Source: an uncultured Rhodospirillaceae bacterium (GTDB taxonomy: Bacteria; Pseudomonadota; Alphaproteobacteria; UBA9219). Taken from it: 38,316 nucleotides of DNA. Under the pieces are notes generated by a model. It did not search any database. It was not told where the DNA came from and was given only the letters and a program-made list of their open reading frames with translations. Position numbers and translations under genes: made by a program. The DNA lies in contig CAYUPD010000001.1 in the NCBI GenBank assembly GCA_964446645.1, positions 1 through 38,316 of the forward strand, read 5' to 3'. Shown one piece after another: positions 24,785 through 33,026 of this stretch (position 1 is its first letter; each line of letters opens with the position of its first letter).

Positions 24785-26116
24785 ATGACAACACCGCAAA
24801 AACTCACCTCGTCCCGCAGCGAAGCCCTCAAGGGAGACGTCACCCCGCCGGGAGATAAGAGCATTTCGCACCGAGCTATTATGTTGGGGGGGATCGCCGA
24901 AGGCACGACGGTCGTACGCGGTCTTTTGGAAGGCGAGGACGTTCTTAGCACGGTGGCGGCGCTTCGGGCGATGGGCGCAAAGATTGAGAAAGGCGCGGAA
25001 GGCGCATGGCGCATCGAAGGCGTCGGAGCCAAGGGCCTGCACGCGCCGGAGGGCATTCTCGATGTTGGGAACAGCGGCACGTCGGCGCGGCTGCTTATGG
25101 GGCTTGTCGCGGGAAACAATTTCTCGGCGCGTTTTGACGGCGACGCTTCGTTGCGCAAACGCCCGATGAAGCGGGTGATCGAGCCGCTTTCTCTCATGGG
25201 CGCGACATTTGACGGCGCGGACGGAAAACTGCCGCTGACGATAACGGGCGCCACGAAGCCAAAAACCCTTTCCTACACGCTGCCCGTCGCGTCGGCGCAG
25301 GTAAAGTCGGCGATTCTGCTCGCCGGACTGGGGGCCGACGGCACGACGACGGTCGTCGAGCCGAAGCCCACGCGCGATCACACCGAAAACATGCTGCGCG
25401 GCTTCGGCGCAAAAATTTCCGTCACGCAAAACAAGGACGGCGCGGATGTCATCGCGCTTGAGGGCAAGCCGCGCCTCGTCGCGCAAGAGATCGACGTGCC
25501 CGCAGACTTCAGTTCGGCCGCGTTCATAGTCGTCGCCGCGCTTTTATCACCCGGCGCGCGCGTCACGCTGCACAACGTCGGGATCAACCCGCGCCGCGCG
25601 GGGCTTCTGACCGTCCTTCGCGGGATGGGAGCCAATATTAACGTTAAAAATCAAAAAGTTGTCGGCGGAGAGCCTGTGGCCGACCTGATCGTTTCCGGCA
25701 CCGATCTTCTCGGCGTCGATATCGGGGCGGATTTTGTGCCAAGCATGATCGACGAGTATCCGATCCTCGCGGCCGCGGCGGCGTGTGCGAAAGGAGCGAC
25801 GCGCATGCGGGGGCTCGGCGAGTTGCGCGTTAAAGAGAGCGACCGGCTGGCGCTCATGGAGCAAGGACTCGCGCGGTGCGGAGTCGAGGTCAGCGTCGAA
25901 GGAGACGATCTTGTCGTTTTCGGGAACGGAAATCCTCCGCGCGGGGGAGCGACGGTCGAAACGGCGATGGATCATCGAATCGCGATGAGCTTTCTCGTGC
26001 TCGGCATGAACGCGCAAAATCCGATAACCATCGACGACGGAAGTTTTATTGCGACGAGTTTTCCGGATTTTGTCTCGATAATGAATGGACTTGGCGGAAA
26101 AATTTCCGCCTCTTGA
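24785..26116 (+). CDS. aroA: 3-phosphoshikimate 1-carboxyvinyltransferase (EPSP synthase, class II type)
   Basis: LKGDVTPPGDKSISHRAIMLGGIAEGTTVVRGLLEGEDVLSTVAALRAMGAKIEK, PSMIDEYPILAAAAACAKGATRMRGLGELRVKESDRL and DHRIAMSFLVLG closely follow the Agrobacterium CP4-type EPSPS pattern. ATG at 24785. The upstream part of the ORF is arginine-rich and not credible. Confidence 0.92.
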   Translation: MTTPQKLTSSRSEALKGDVTPPGDKSISHRAIMLGGIAEGTTVVRGLLEGEDVLSTVAALRAMGAKIEKGAEGAWRIEGVGAKGLHAPEGILDVGNSGTSARLLMGLVAGNNFSARFDGDASLRKRPMKRVIEPLSLMGATFDGADGKLPLTITGATKPKTLSYTLPVASAQVKSAILLAGLGADGTTTVVEPKPTRDHTENMLRGFGAKISVTQNKDGADVIALEGKPRLVAQEIDVPADFSSAAFIVVAALLSPGARVTLHNVGINPRRAGLLTVLRGMGANINVKNQKVVGGEPVADLIVSGTDLLGVDIGADFVPSMIDEYPILAAAAACAKGATRMRGLGELRVKESDRLALMEQGLARCGVEVSVEGDDLVVFGNGNPPRGGATVETAMDHRIAMSFLVLGMNAQNPITIDDGSFIATSFPDFVSIMNGLGGKISAS

Positions 26117-26148
26117 CGGACTCGGTTCCTGCCTCCATTCTCGACGGT

Positions 26149-27180
26149 ATGACCTTGTTCTCGCCGGACCCGCTGCCCCCTTTTGAGAGGAAACGTTCTT
26201 TCTCGCGCCTTTTGGCGGCAGGGCTCTCGATTCTTTTTCTTTTGGCTATATCGTTGCCGATCTGGGGTGTCGCGGCGTTGCTCAGAGAAGGGCCTCTTCA
26301 GGAAGACAAGACGATTGTCGTCCTGCGCGGCACGCCGGTCGCCGATATCGGACGGCAACTTGCGAAGGAAGACGCCGTCCGCGCGGCCTTGCTTTTCCGG
26401 GTCGCCGCGCGCCTCGCCGGGCCGCTCAAGGCCGGAGAATACGCAATCCCGGCGCATGCAAGTGCTTACGATATCGCGATAATTATGAATAAAGGCCTTT
26501 CCGTGCCGAGATTTTTCACGGCGGCCGAGGGCCTGACATCGTCCGAAATCGTGGCCTTGCTCAACAACGAGCCGGTGCTGAACGGCGCGGTGCTCGACAT
26601 TCCGCCGGAAGGGTCGCTGTTGCCCGAGACGTATCGTTACAATTACGGCGACAGCCGGGCGGGGATTCTTGGGCGCATGCAAGCGGCGATGAAAGAAAAG
26701 GCCGCCGCTCTGTGGGAGAGCCGCGAAGAAGGGCTTCCTCTGGCGTCTATGAGCGATGCCGTCGTCTTGGCGTCGATTGTCGAGAAGGAAACGGCCAAAT
26801 CCGACGAGCGGGCGCGCATTGCGGGGGTGTTCTACAATCGCCTGCGCAAAAATATGCGCCTGCAATCCGACCCGACGGTTATCTACGCGCTGACCGACGG
26901 GCAGAGGGAGCTTGACCGCCCCCTGACGCACAAAGACCTTGAGTTTGCATCGCCGATCAACACCTACGCGAGCGACGGATTGCCGCCCAAGCCTATCTGC
27001 AATCCGGGGCAAGCGTCACTGGTTGCGGTTTTGCATCCTGAGCATCACGAGTTTCTGTATTTTGTCGCGGACGGCAACGGAGGCCATACGTTTTCGACCG
27101 ACCTTGCGGCCCACAACAGAAGCGTGGCGCAAATGCGCCGCGCCACGACTCCCCCACCCTCGGCAAAACCGAAGCCATGA
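26149..27180 (+). CDS. mltG: Endolytic murein transglycosylase MltG (YceG family)
   Basis: N-terminal TM segment (LLAAGLSILFLLAISLPIWGV), then EGSLLPETYRY, LASIVEKETAKSDERARIAGVFYNRLRKNMRLQSDPTVIY and NTYASDGLPPKPICNPG. ATG at 26149. Confidence 0.9.
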   Translation: MTLFSPDPLPPFERKRSFSRLLAAGLSILFLLAISLPIWGVAALLREGPLQEDKTIVVLRGTPVADIGRQLAKEDAVRAALLFRVAARLAGPLKAGEYAIPAHASAYDIAIIMNKGLSVPRFFTAAEGLTSSEIVALLNNEPVLNGAVLDIPPEGSLLPETYRYNYGDSRAGILGRMQAAMKEKAAALWESREEGLPLASMSDAVVLASIVEKETAKSDERARIAGVFYNRLRKNMRLQSDPTVIYALTDGQRELDRPLTHKDLEFASPINTYASDGLPPKPICNPGQASLVAVLHPEHHEFLYFVADGNGGHTFSTDLAAHNRSVAQMRRATTPPPSAKPKP

Positions 27181-27812
27181 CCTCCGTCGCCGCTAACATC
27201 GCCGCCGCGCGGGAACGGCTTCAAGGAAAGACGCTGATCGCCGTCACAAAAAACCAAAGCGTCGAGGCCGTCCGCGAAGCTCTGGCGGCGGGACAACGGG
27301 TTTTCGGCGAGAACCGGGTACAGGAAGCCCAAAAGAAGTTCGCCGATTTGCGAGTGGCGTTTCCCGATATCGAGCTGCATCTGATAGGCCCCTTGCAAAC
27401 CAACAAGGCCAAGGACGCGGTCGAATTTTTCGATGTAATTCAAACGCTTGACAGACCAGAATTAGCCGAAGCTCTGGCAAAAGCGATGCGCAAAACCGGC
27501 AAAACCCCTCGTCTTTATATAGAGGTCAACATCGGCCTCGAGCCTCAAAAATCCGGCATTGCCCCGGACAAAGCCGAGGCGTTCCTTACCCTGTGCCGCG
27601 ACGCTTACAAGCTTTCGGTTTCGGGATTGATGTGCATTCCGCCGCAGGGAAAGAATCCGAAGCCCTACTTTTGCGCGCTGCGCGATCTGGCCGAGAATCT
27701 CTCCCTGCCGCATGTCAGCATGGGGATGAGCGCGGATTTCGAAACGGCGATTGCCTGCGGCGCGACCGAGGTGCGGATCGGCACGGCCCTTTTCGGCGAA
27801 AGGAAAACGTAA
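27177..27812 (+). CDS. yggS: YggS-family pyridoxal-phosphate homeostasis protein
   Basis: LIAVTKNQSVEAVREALAAGQRVFGENRVQEA, LHLIGPLQTNK and SMGMSADFETAIACGATEVRIGTALFG. The start forms an ATGA overlap with the mltG stop. Confidence 0.9.
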   Translation: MTSVAANIAAARERLQGKTLIAVTKNQSVEAVREALAAGQRVFGENRVQEAQKKFADLRVAFPDIELHLIGPLQTNKAKDAVEFFDVIQTLDRPELAEALAKAMRKTGKTPRLYIEVNIGLEPQKSGIAPDKAEAFLTLCRDAYKLSVSGLMCIPPQGKNPKPYFCALRDLAENLSLPHVSMGMSADFETAIACGATEVRIGTALFGERKT

Positions 27813-27841
27813 AAACTCTTTCCTTCGCAAAGATTCGTTCT

Positions 27842-28942
27842 TTAAAACGCGCCCGTGCTGCTGCTTTTCGACATCGCCGTAACGACGCTGAAAATTGACA
27901 TCATCGTCCAGGCGATGATGCCGCCGACGGCGGCCATTCCGGCGTTACGGACGACGGCGGCTTGGGCTTTCATCATATCGACCTGATCTTCCATCCATTC
28001 CTCGGCCACCTGCTCGATGACTTGGCCGACATCGGCGCGTTCGGATAGAATTTCGAGGTCGACGGCGACGTCCGGCGAAGGGAAGTTCATTTTGGACAAG
28101 CGCAGGGCCTCGCCCAGATTATGCCCGCGCAAAACCATCAGGCGCGCGGCGCCGATGCGCTCCTTGACCCACGGATTGCCCTGCTCTTCGAGAATTTCGA
28201 GCGACCTTTTTAAGGGCACCTGAGCGCCCAAAAGGGCCGAAAGGCCCATCAAAAAGCTGCTGCCCTGAAGGACGCGGTACCACGACCACGGCGCGTAAAG
28301 ATCGAACTTCGAGCGCAGCGGGCCGCGCCAGAAAGGAAGGGTCGACGAGATAAGAATGACGACAAAGACGACAAAAAAGACGACCGGAAGCCCCCACTCG
28401 GTCACAAAATCGGAGAACGGGACGATAGAGCCCATCGACTCGATGACGCTTCTAGGGGCGTTGGAACGCATATTGGCAATAAGGTTGACGCTGAAGGTCC
28501 AGATGACGAAGCCGACGAGCAAAAAGATAAACGCCGGATATCCGACCGCATACGTGACGGTTTCGCGCATCTGGCGGCCTTTTTCGCTCATCGTCTGAAT
28601 GAACGTTAATGTTTTAGCCAGAGCGCCGGATTCCTCTCCCGCGCGGATGAGGTAAAGCTCGCCGGTCGGAACCCAGCCGTCCATGGCTTTCGAAAGAGCG
28701 ATGCCCGCGCGGTCTTTAAGGAACCATTCGCGCAAAGCGATGGCGGCGGGGCGCTTGGGGTATTTGCCCATTTCGGTGACGTTTTGATACAGCCGGTCCA
28801 GAGCCTGAGACAAAGCCTCGTTGGATTTGAGCATGCCCTCGAGCTTGCGGTAGATGCGGTAGCGAGCGCGGCGGTTGTTGCGGAATTGGAGCTTTGCCCA
28901 TTTGAGCTCGAGCTGCGCCAAGGAGTCCTGAATGTCGCTCAT
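27842..28942 (-). CDS. GspF/PilC-family inner-membrane platform protein (R64 PilR-like, type IVb)
   Basis: 366 aa. Two GspF-like cytoplasmic helical domains (LIRAGEESGALAKTL; VLRGHNLGEALRLS) alternate with three TM segments. The start forms an ATGA overlap with the upstream ATPase gene. Confidence 0.85.
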   Translation of the reverse strand: MSDIQDSLAQLELKWAKLQFRNNRRARYRIYRKLEGMLKSNEALSQALDRLYQNVTEMGKYPKRPAAIALREWFLKDRAGIALSKAMDGWVPTGELYLIRAGEESGALAKTLTFIQTMSEKGRQMRETVTYAVGYPAFIFLLVGFVIWTFSVNLIANMRSNAPRSVIESMGSIVPFSDFVTEWGLPVVFFVVFVVILISSTLPFWRGPLRSKFDLYAPWSWYRVLQGSSFLMGLSALLGAQVPLKRSLEILEEQGNPWVKERIGAARLMVLRGHNLGEALRLSKMNFPSPDVAVDLEILSERADVGQVIEQVAEEWMEDQVDMMKAQAAVVRNAGMAAVGGIIAWTMMSIFSVVTAMSKSSSTGAF

Positions 28943-30789
28943 TGCATGGGCCCCAGTTTTTCTTCGCCGTCGACGACTTCTCGGGGCCGGGCGAAATAGC
29001 CCAGCTCGAACTCGGCGTCGTCCGGAGACACTTCGCCCAGCCTGACCTTCTCGAGTCCGCGCTGAAGCATCGTGATGCCGTTAAGCCCGGCGGGAGAGAG
29101 CCAATAATTAAGCGCGTCTTCCTCGCGGTTGTCTTCGAGCAGCGCCATCAGCTTGGCGTCGGCCTCGATGATCTCGGCGGCGACGGTACGGCCTGCGCGG
29201 CCTTTATAACATTGGGGGCATCCTTCGGGATTGGCGACGTAAACGTTGCTTAAATCCGGCTCGGCCAGGCAATCCATGATGTTCTTGCCGACATTCGCCT
29301 TGTTGCGGCTCGCGTCCATCATGGCAAGGCCGATGCGCAGGCGGCGCGCCATTTCGCGCATCGTGGGGCCGAATTCGTCGCAGGCGTCTTTTAAAGGAAT
29401 GCGGCAATGCGGGCACATGCTGCGCAACAATCTTTGGCAGGCCATGCCGCGCACGAGGTTGTGGTCGTAAACGATATAAGGCTCGATGCCGATGTCGCGT
29501 AGGCGCTTGGGAGTCGCGAGCGCCGAATAGACGTGGCTCGTGGTGTAGACTTGGCGGCCCGTCAAAGCGAGGCGGAAGGCGAACTGGGCCGTCTGCAAGT
29601 CACGCACTTCGCCCAGCATCACGATGTCCGGATCGAGGCGCAGGGCGCAGCGCATGATTTCGACGAAGGTTTTTTCGCGCTGCTCGTCCTTGACGGAGGC
29701 CGACACGCCGATCTGTCGCGCGCCGACGACGCCGCCTTCGGGCGGGTCTTCGATGATAAGACAGTTGAGGCGCATCTCGGTTTCGGACATGCGGCGGTTA
29801 AGGACGACGCGCAAGGTCGTCGTTTTGCCTTGGTTGACGGGGCCGGAGAAGATGCGCAAGCCGCCCGGAGCGGCGCGCAGGCTTTGAACGACTTTAAGCT
29901 GCTCCTGCGAGAAGCCCAAAGAGTCGACGTCGGCCATAATGAAGTTTTCGCCCCAGAGGTGGGACGAGTCGTAATTGAGGCGCATATCGAGATAAGCGCC
30001 GCCGTTGGCGAGCGGAACCCACTGGCAGCGAACGCCGATGACGCCTTGAGGAAGAGTGATGACCTCTTTGCCGCGCGCCTCGGAGGTGAGCATGGCGGCC
30101 TGAGGTTCCTGAAAGTTGGCCGTAGCGCCGGATTGGCCGATCGAGTGCGAATAGACGGCGGCGAGGAATTGGTCGCCCTCGACCTGCGTCCACACGTCCT
30201 GACGGCGCAGCGAGCCGTCGATGCGGAACTGAACGACGGCGCGGCCATTGACGGATTCGATATGGATGTCGTTAGCGCCCGCCTGAACGGCCTGCTCAAG
30301 CGTCGCGACAATGCGGCGGCGAGCGGCGTTAACGTCGTAATGCGTGCTTGTGCTGCTGCGGTCGGCGTAAATATAGGCCTGAATAATGATGTTCGGCGTA
30401 ACGTAGCGCGGCTCATCGACCTTAAAGCCGTGGCGCTTGGCGGTCTGAGCTACCGACGTTACGAGCGGCGAGCGGCGGTGCGAGGCGCTGACGAGCCAGA
30501 GGCCGGAGCTAAAAAGAGCGCAAAGGTTGCGGGCTTCGTCGGGGATTTTGAGGGGGCCGTCTGCAGCAGTCAAAACGGTGCCGGAGAACAAAAGAGGCAG
30601 AGTGCGCTCGTCTTCGATTTTGACTTTCTCGGCGGCAGGAACGACTGCGGGGGAAGCAGAGGCCTCTTCGGCAGGTTTCGAAGGAGGTGGCGCGGCAGGG
30701 GAAGGGGTGGAAGGCGGATGGGTCGAGGCCTCCGCCGGGCGAGGCTTTTCCTTCGGCGCGGGGGTTTTTGGATTGCCAAGCCCCTTCAT
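28939..30789 (-). CDS. GspE/PilB-family secretion ATPase (R64 PilQ-like, type IVb) with a Pro-rich N-terminus
   Basis: DIHIESVNGRAVVQFRIDGSL (N2 domain). Walker A SGPVNQGKTTTL, Asp box LIIEDPPE, Walker B PDIVMLGEVRD and His box TGRQVYTTSHV. Tetracysteine CPHC...CPQC. ATG at 30789; the ORF track extends it to a TTG at 30840. Confidence 0.9.
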   Translation of the reverse strand: MKGLGNPKTPAPKEKPRPAEASTHPPSTPSPAAPPPSKPAEEASASPAVVPAAEKVKIEDERTLPLLFSGTVLTAADGPLKIPDEARNLCALFSSGLWLVSASHRRSPLVTSVAQTAKRHGFKVDEPRYVTPNIIIQAYIYADRSSTSTHYDVNAARRRIVATLEQAVQAGANDIHIESVNGRAVVQFRIDGSLRRQDVWTQVEGDQFLAAVYSHSIGQSGATANFQEPQAAMLTSEARGKEVITLPQGVIGVRCQWVPLANGGAYLDMRLNYDSSHLWGENFIMADVDSLGFSQEQLKVVQSLRAAPGGLRIFSGPVNQGKTTTLRVVLNRRMSETEMRLNCLIIEDPPEGGVVGARQIGVSASVKDEQREKTFVEIMRCALRLDPDIVMLGEVRDLQTAQFAFRLALTGRQVYTTSHVYSALATPKRLRDIGIEPYIVYDHNLVRGMACQRLLRSMCPHCRIPLKDACDEFGPTMREMARRLRIGLAMMDASRNKANVGKNIMDCLAEPDLSNVYVANPEGCPQCYKGRAGRTVAAEIIEADAKLMALLEDNREEDALNYWLSPAGLNGITMLQRGLEKVRLGEVSPDDAEFELGYFARPREVVDGEEKLGPMQ

Positions 30790-30918
30790 CTTTTTTCCAA
30801 GACCGATGAATTCGAACACGAGTTCCTCAAGAAAAACCAAGACAAACCAAAGGCGAGACCGTTATCATCCGGACGGCCGCCCACGTTTTCGCGGTCGCGC
30901 GGATCTAAAAGGCGCAGC

Positions 30919-30947
30919 ATTCTAACACCAGCCGCCGAATTTGCCTA
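30919..30947 (-). promoter_or_regulatory. Candidate internal sigma-70 promoter in the pilP-ATPase gap
   Basis: The minus strand reads TAGGCA-N17-TAGAAT with a TG one base upstream of the -10 (extended -10). It lies about 130 nt upstream of the ATPase ATG. Confidence 0.25.
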
Positions 30948-31009
30948 GAAGAGCAAAGGGCATCCGGAAGCGGATCAAAAAAAGCAAAAATCCATCCGAC
31001 TCCCGTCTA

Positions 31010-31786
31010 TTACCGCATAGCGTTGTAGATAACGCCGCCGTTGCTGATATGAAGGGTATAGGATTTCTTTTTGCCCGCAATTTCGACAGACGACGTCGTG
31101 ATCGACTGAACGACCTCGCTGTCGTTAATTTTGTCGCCGACTTTAACGATCCGTTTTTCGCCGTCGGGAGACTTCAGCACGGCCATATACTTACCGCCGG
31201 TTCCGTAAATCTGAGTGACGCCATAACGGGACGAAGAGGCCTTCACGGGAGCCACGGAAACAACGGGTTCCGGCAAGGCGGGTGGAGGCGTAACGGCAGC
31301 CGCCGAGACCTGAGGAGCGAAAGCCGTCTGCGGAATAGCGCTTTCGATCGACTCCAAAGAGGCGGATGCGCGCGCGCCGCGCAATTTTTCGAGTTCTTTC
31401 AAGCGCTTCTCGAGTTCGATCATCGCCTCGATGCGGGTCACGGTCTGGCGCGCCAAATTCAGGTCTTCGAGAGTTGTAACGTCGGAGCCGTTATCCAAGC
31501 GTTTAATCGCAGTCTTGGCGTTTGCAATCGCCTTTTCCTCCATCGAGGAAACGCTCTTCCGAATACTTTGGTGATCGGTCTTCAGACCCTCGTCTGCCGA
31601 AACAATGGCTAAGGGAGACGGCATAATCGGGGCGTCAGCCTGCGGCGCAGCGGGCGCAGAAGCGTCGGGCAAAACGTTCTGGGCGTATGCGGGAGGGACG
31701 GAGCAAAGGCCAAAAGCGACAAGGGCCGCGGCAAGGCACCTCTTAAGAGGCGACTGCAGCAGGAAAATCTTATTTTCTATTCTCAT
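31010..31786 (-). CDS. PilP-like type IV pilus biogenesis protein (secreted)
   Basis: Signal peptide ...LVAFGLCSVPPAYA-QN, a central coiled coil (RIEAMIELEKRLKELEKL) and a C-terminal beta domain YGVTQIYGTGGKYMAVLKSPDGEKRIVKVGDKINDSEVVQSITTSSVEI typical of PilP. It overlaps the pilO-like stop by 17 nt. Confidence 0.75.
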   Translation of the reverse strand: MRIENKIFLLQSPLKRCLAAALVAFGLCSVPPAYAQNVLPDASAPAAPQADAPIMPSPLAIVSADEGLKTDHQSIRKSVSSMEEKAIANAKTAIKRLDNGSDVTTLEDLNLARQTVTRIEAMIELEKRLKELEKLRGARASASLESIESAIPQTAFAPQVSAAAVTPPPALPEPVVSVAPVKASSSRYGVTQIYGTGGKYMAVLKSPDGEKRIVKVGDKINDSEVVQSITTSSVEIAGKKKSYTLHISNGGVIYNAMR

Positions 31787-33026
31787 AAATAACCCCTTCG
31801 ACCGTCCACGCGGTGGCGCCGCCGCCGCGCGAATAGCTCATACTGTTTATGATGGCTCCGGGTAAATCTCCGATATAACCCGAGAGCGCTCCGGGGATTT
31901 CTGCCACAGTAAGCGTAAAAGAACGCTTAACCCAAGGCGCTGGCGGCGGATTCCATGCACCGGTGTATCCTTCCGGTGGCGGTGGAGGGGGGTCGTCGGA
32001 AAGCCGAGCGACCGATCCGGGCCAGTTTTGAATGAGGTAAACGTTTGTTATTTCATCGATATTTTTCAAAACCTCGTTTCCACGAGGATTGAGGGGGGGC
32101 AAGGGTAGTGTCTTTGTTGCCACATGGCCAGTATCGTTAACTCTTGCCTCCATAGGGGGGGCCGTCTGGCCTTTTGTCCGGTTCCAGGTCAAAGAAATGG
32201 TCGTTCCGTTGCAGGAGAAGGAAGTCAGGGCCCAGCCGACGATGTCCGACGGGATCAAGGACAACCCGTTATGGCAGGCGCTGATAACGTCATTCGGACG
32301 TGGGGCCTTTTCCCAAAATCTCTCGTATTTCGGCTCGGGCGGGGGCTGCTGAACGAAAGACGGGAGTCGAGCCGCCTCCTGCGCGCGGCGGAGAGCTTCT
32401 TGGGCCAAGGCCTCCTGCTCGGCGTTTTTCTTCTGCACAAACCAGAAAGCGCCAAGCGCGATGACGGCGGCGGCAACGCCCGCCCCGATGAGCGCCTTTG
32501 TCTGAACGGGGATCGAAACGCGCTGAAGAATGATGTCCGCGCGGTCGTTGATAAGCAGCGTCGGAGGGATCGAGTCCGCATTGGGGATCGACCACCCTTC
32601 CGGAGCGTAGATGGTTTGCAATCCGCCGAAGCCGATTTCCTGCAACAAACGGTCGCGCGCTTCGGTTTCCTCGGTAAAGAAAAGATCGCCGTCAGGGACG
32701 ATCAGGTCGTCGCGAACGATGACGAGAGCGATGCCCTCGGCAAACTGAAAAGCGCCGGCCCACGATCCCGGAAGCTGGCTGGCGAGACAGGCGGCAAGAA
32801 CGGGCGTGCCCGCCTGAAGCTTTCCCCCTTCGTTCGAACAAAGGCCGAATTGAGGAACACGGCCGTCCCGGCTTCCGGGGCGAACGACGTAGAAATCGGC
32901 TTGCTGGCCTGGTTGATTGGCGGCTTCCTTGGCTATCTGGGCGACGCGGCCGCTGCCGGGACTATTTTCCCAATAGAGGCCAACCGCGTAGCGTCGGCTG
33001 CCAAGAGTAATGACTCCGGCGGCCAT
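31770..33026 (-). CDS. PilO2-like type IVb pilus assembly protein (bitopic)
   Basis: The N-terminus GSRRYAVGLYWENSP...ADFYVVRP...QFGL...PVLAACLASQL...AFQFAEGIALVIVRDDLIVPDGDLFF matches my recollection of the R64 PilO / PAPI-1 PilO2 family. There is a single TM segment (ALIGAGVAAAVIALGAFWFV). The start overlaps the secretin stop (TGATG). Confidence 0.75.
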   Translation of the reverse strand: MAAGVITLGSRRYAVGLYWENSPGSGRVAQIAKEAANQPGQQADFYVVRPGSRDGRVPQFGLCSNEGGKLQAGTPVLAACLASQLPGSWAGAFQFAEGIALVIVRDDLIVPDGDLFFTEETEARDRLLQEIGFGGLQTIYAPEGWSIPNADSIPPTLLINDRADIILQRVSIPVQTKALIGAGVAAAVIALGAFWFVQKKNAEQEALAQEALRRAQEAARLPSFVQQPPPEPKYERFWEKAPRPNDVISACHNGLSLIPSDIVGWALTSFSCNGTTISLTWNRTKGQTAPPMEARVNDTGHVATKTLPLPPLNPRGNEVLKNIDEITNVYLIQNWPGSVARLSDDPPPPPPEGYTGAWNPPPAPWVKRSFTLTVAEIPGALSGYIGDLPGAIINSMSYSRGGGATAWTVEGVIYENRK

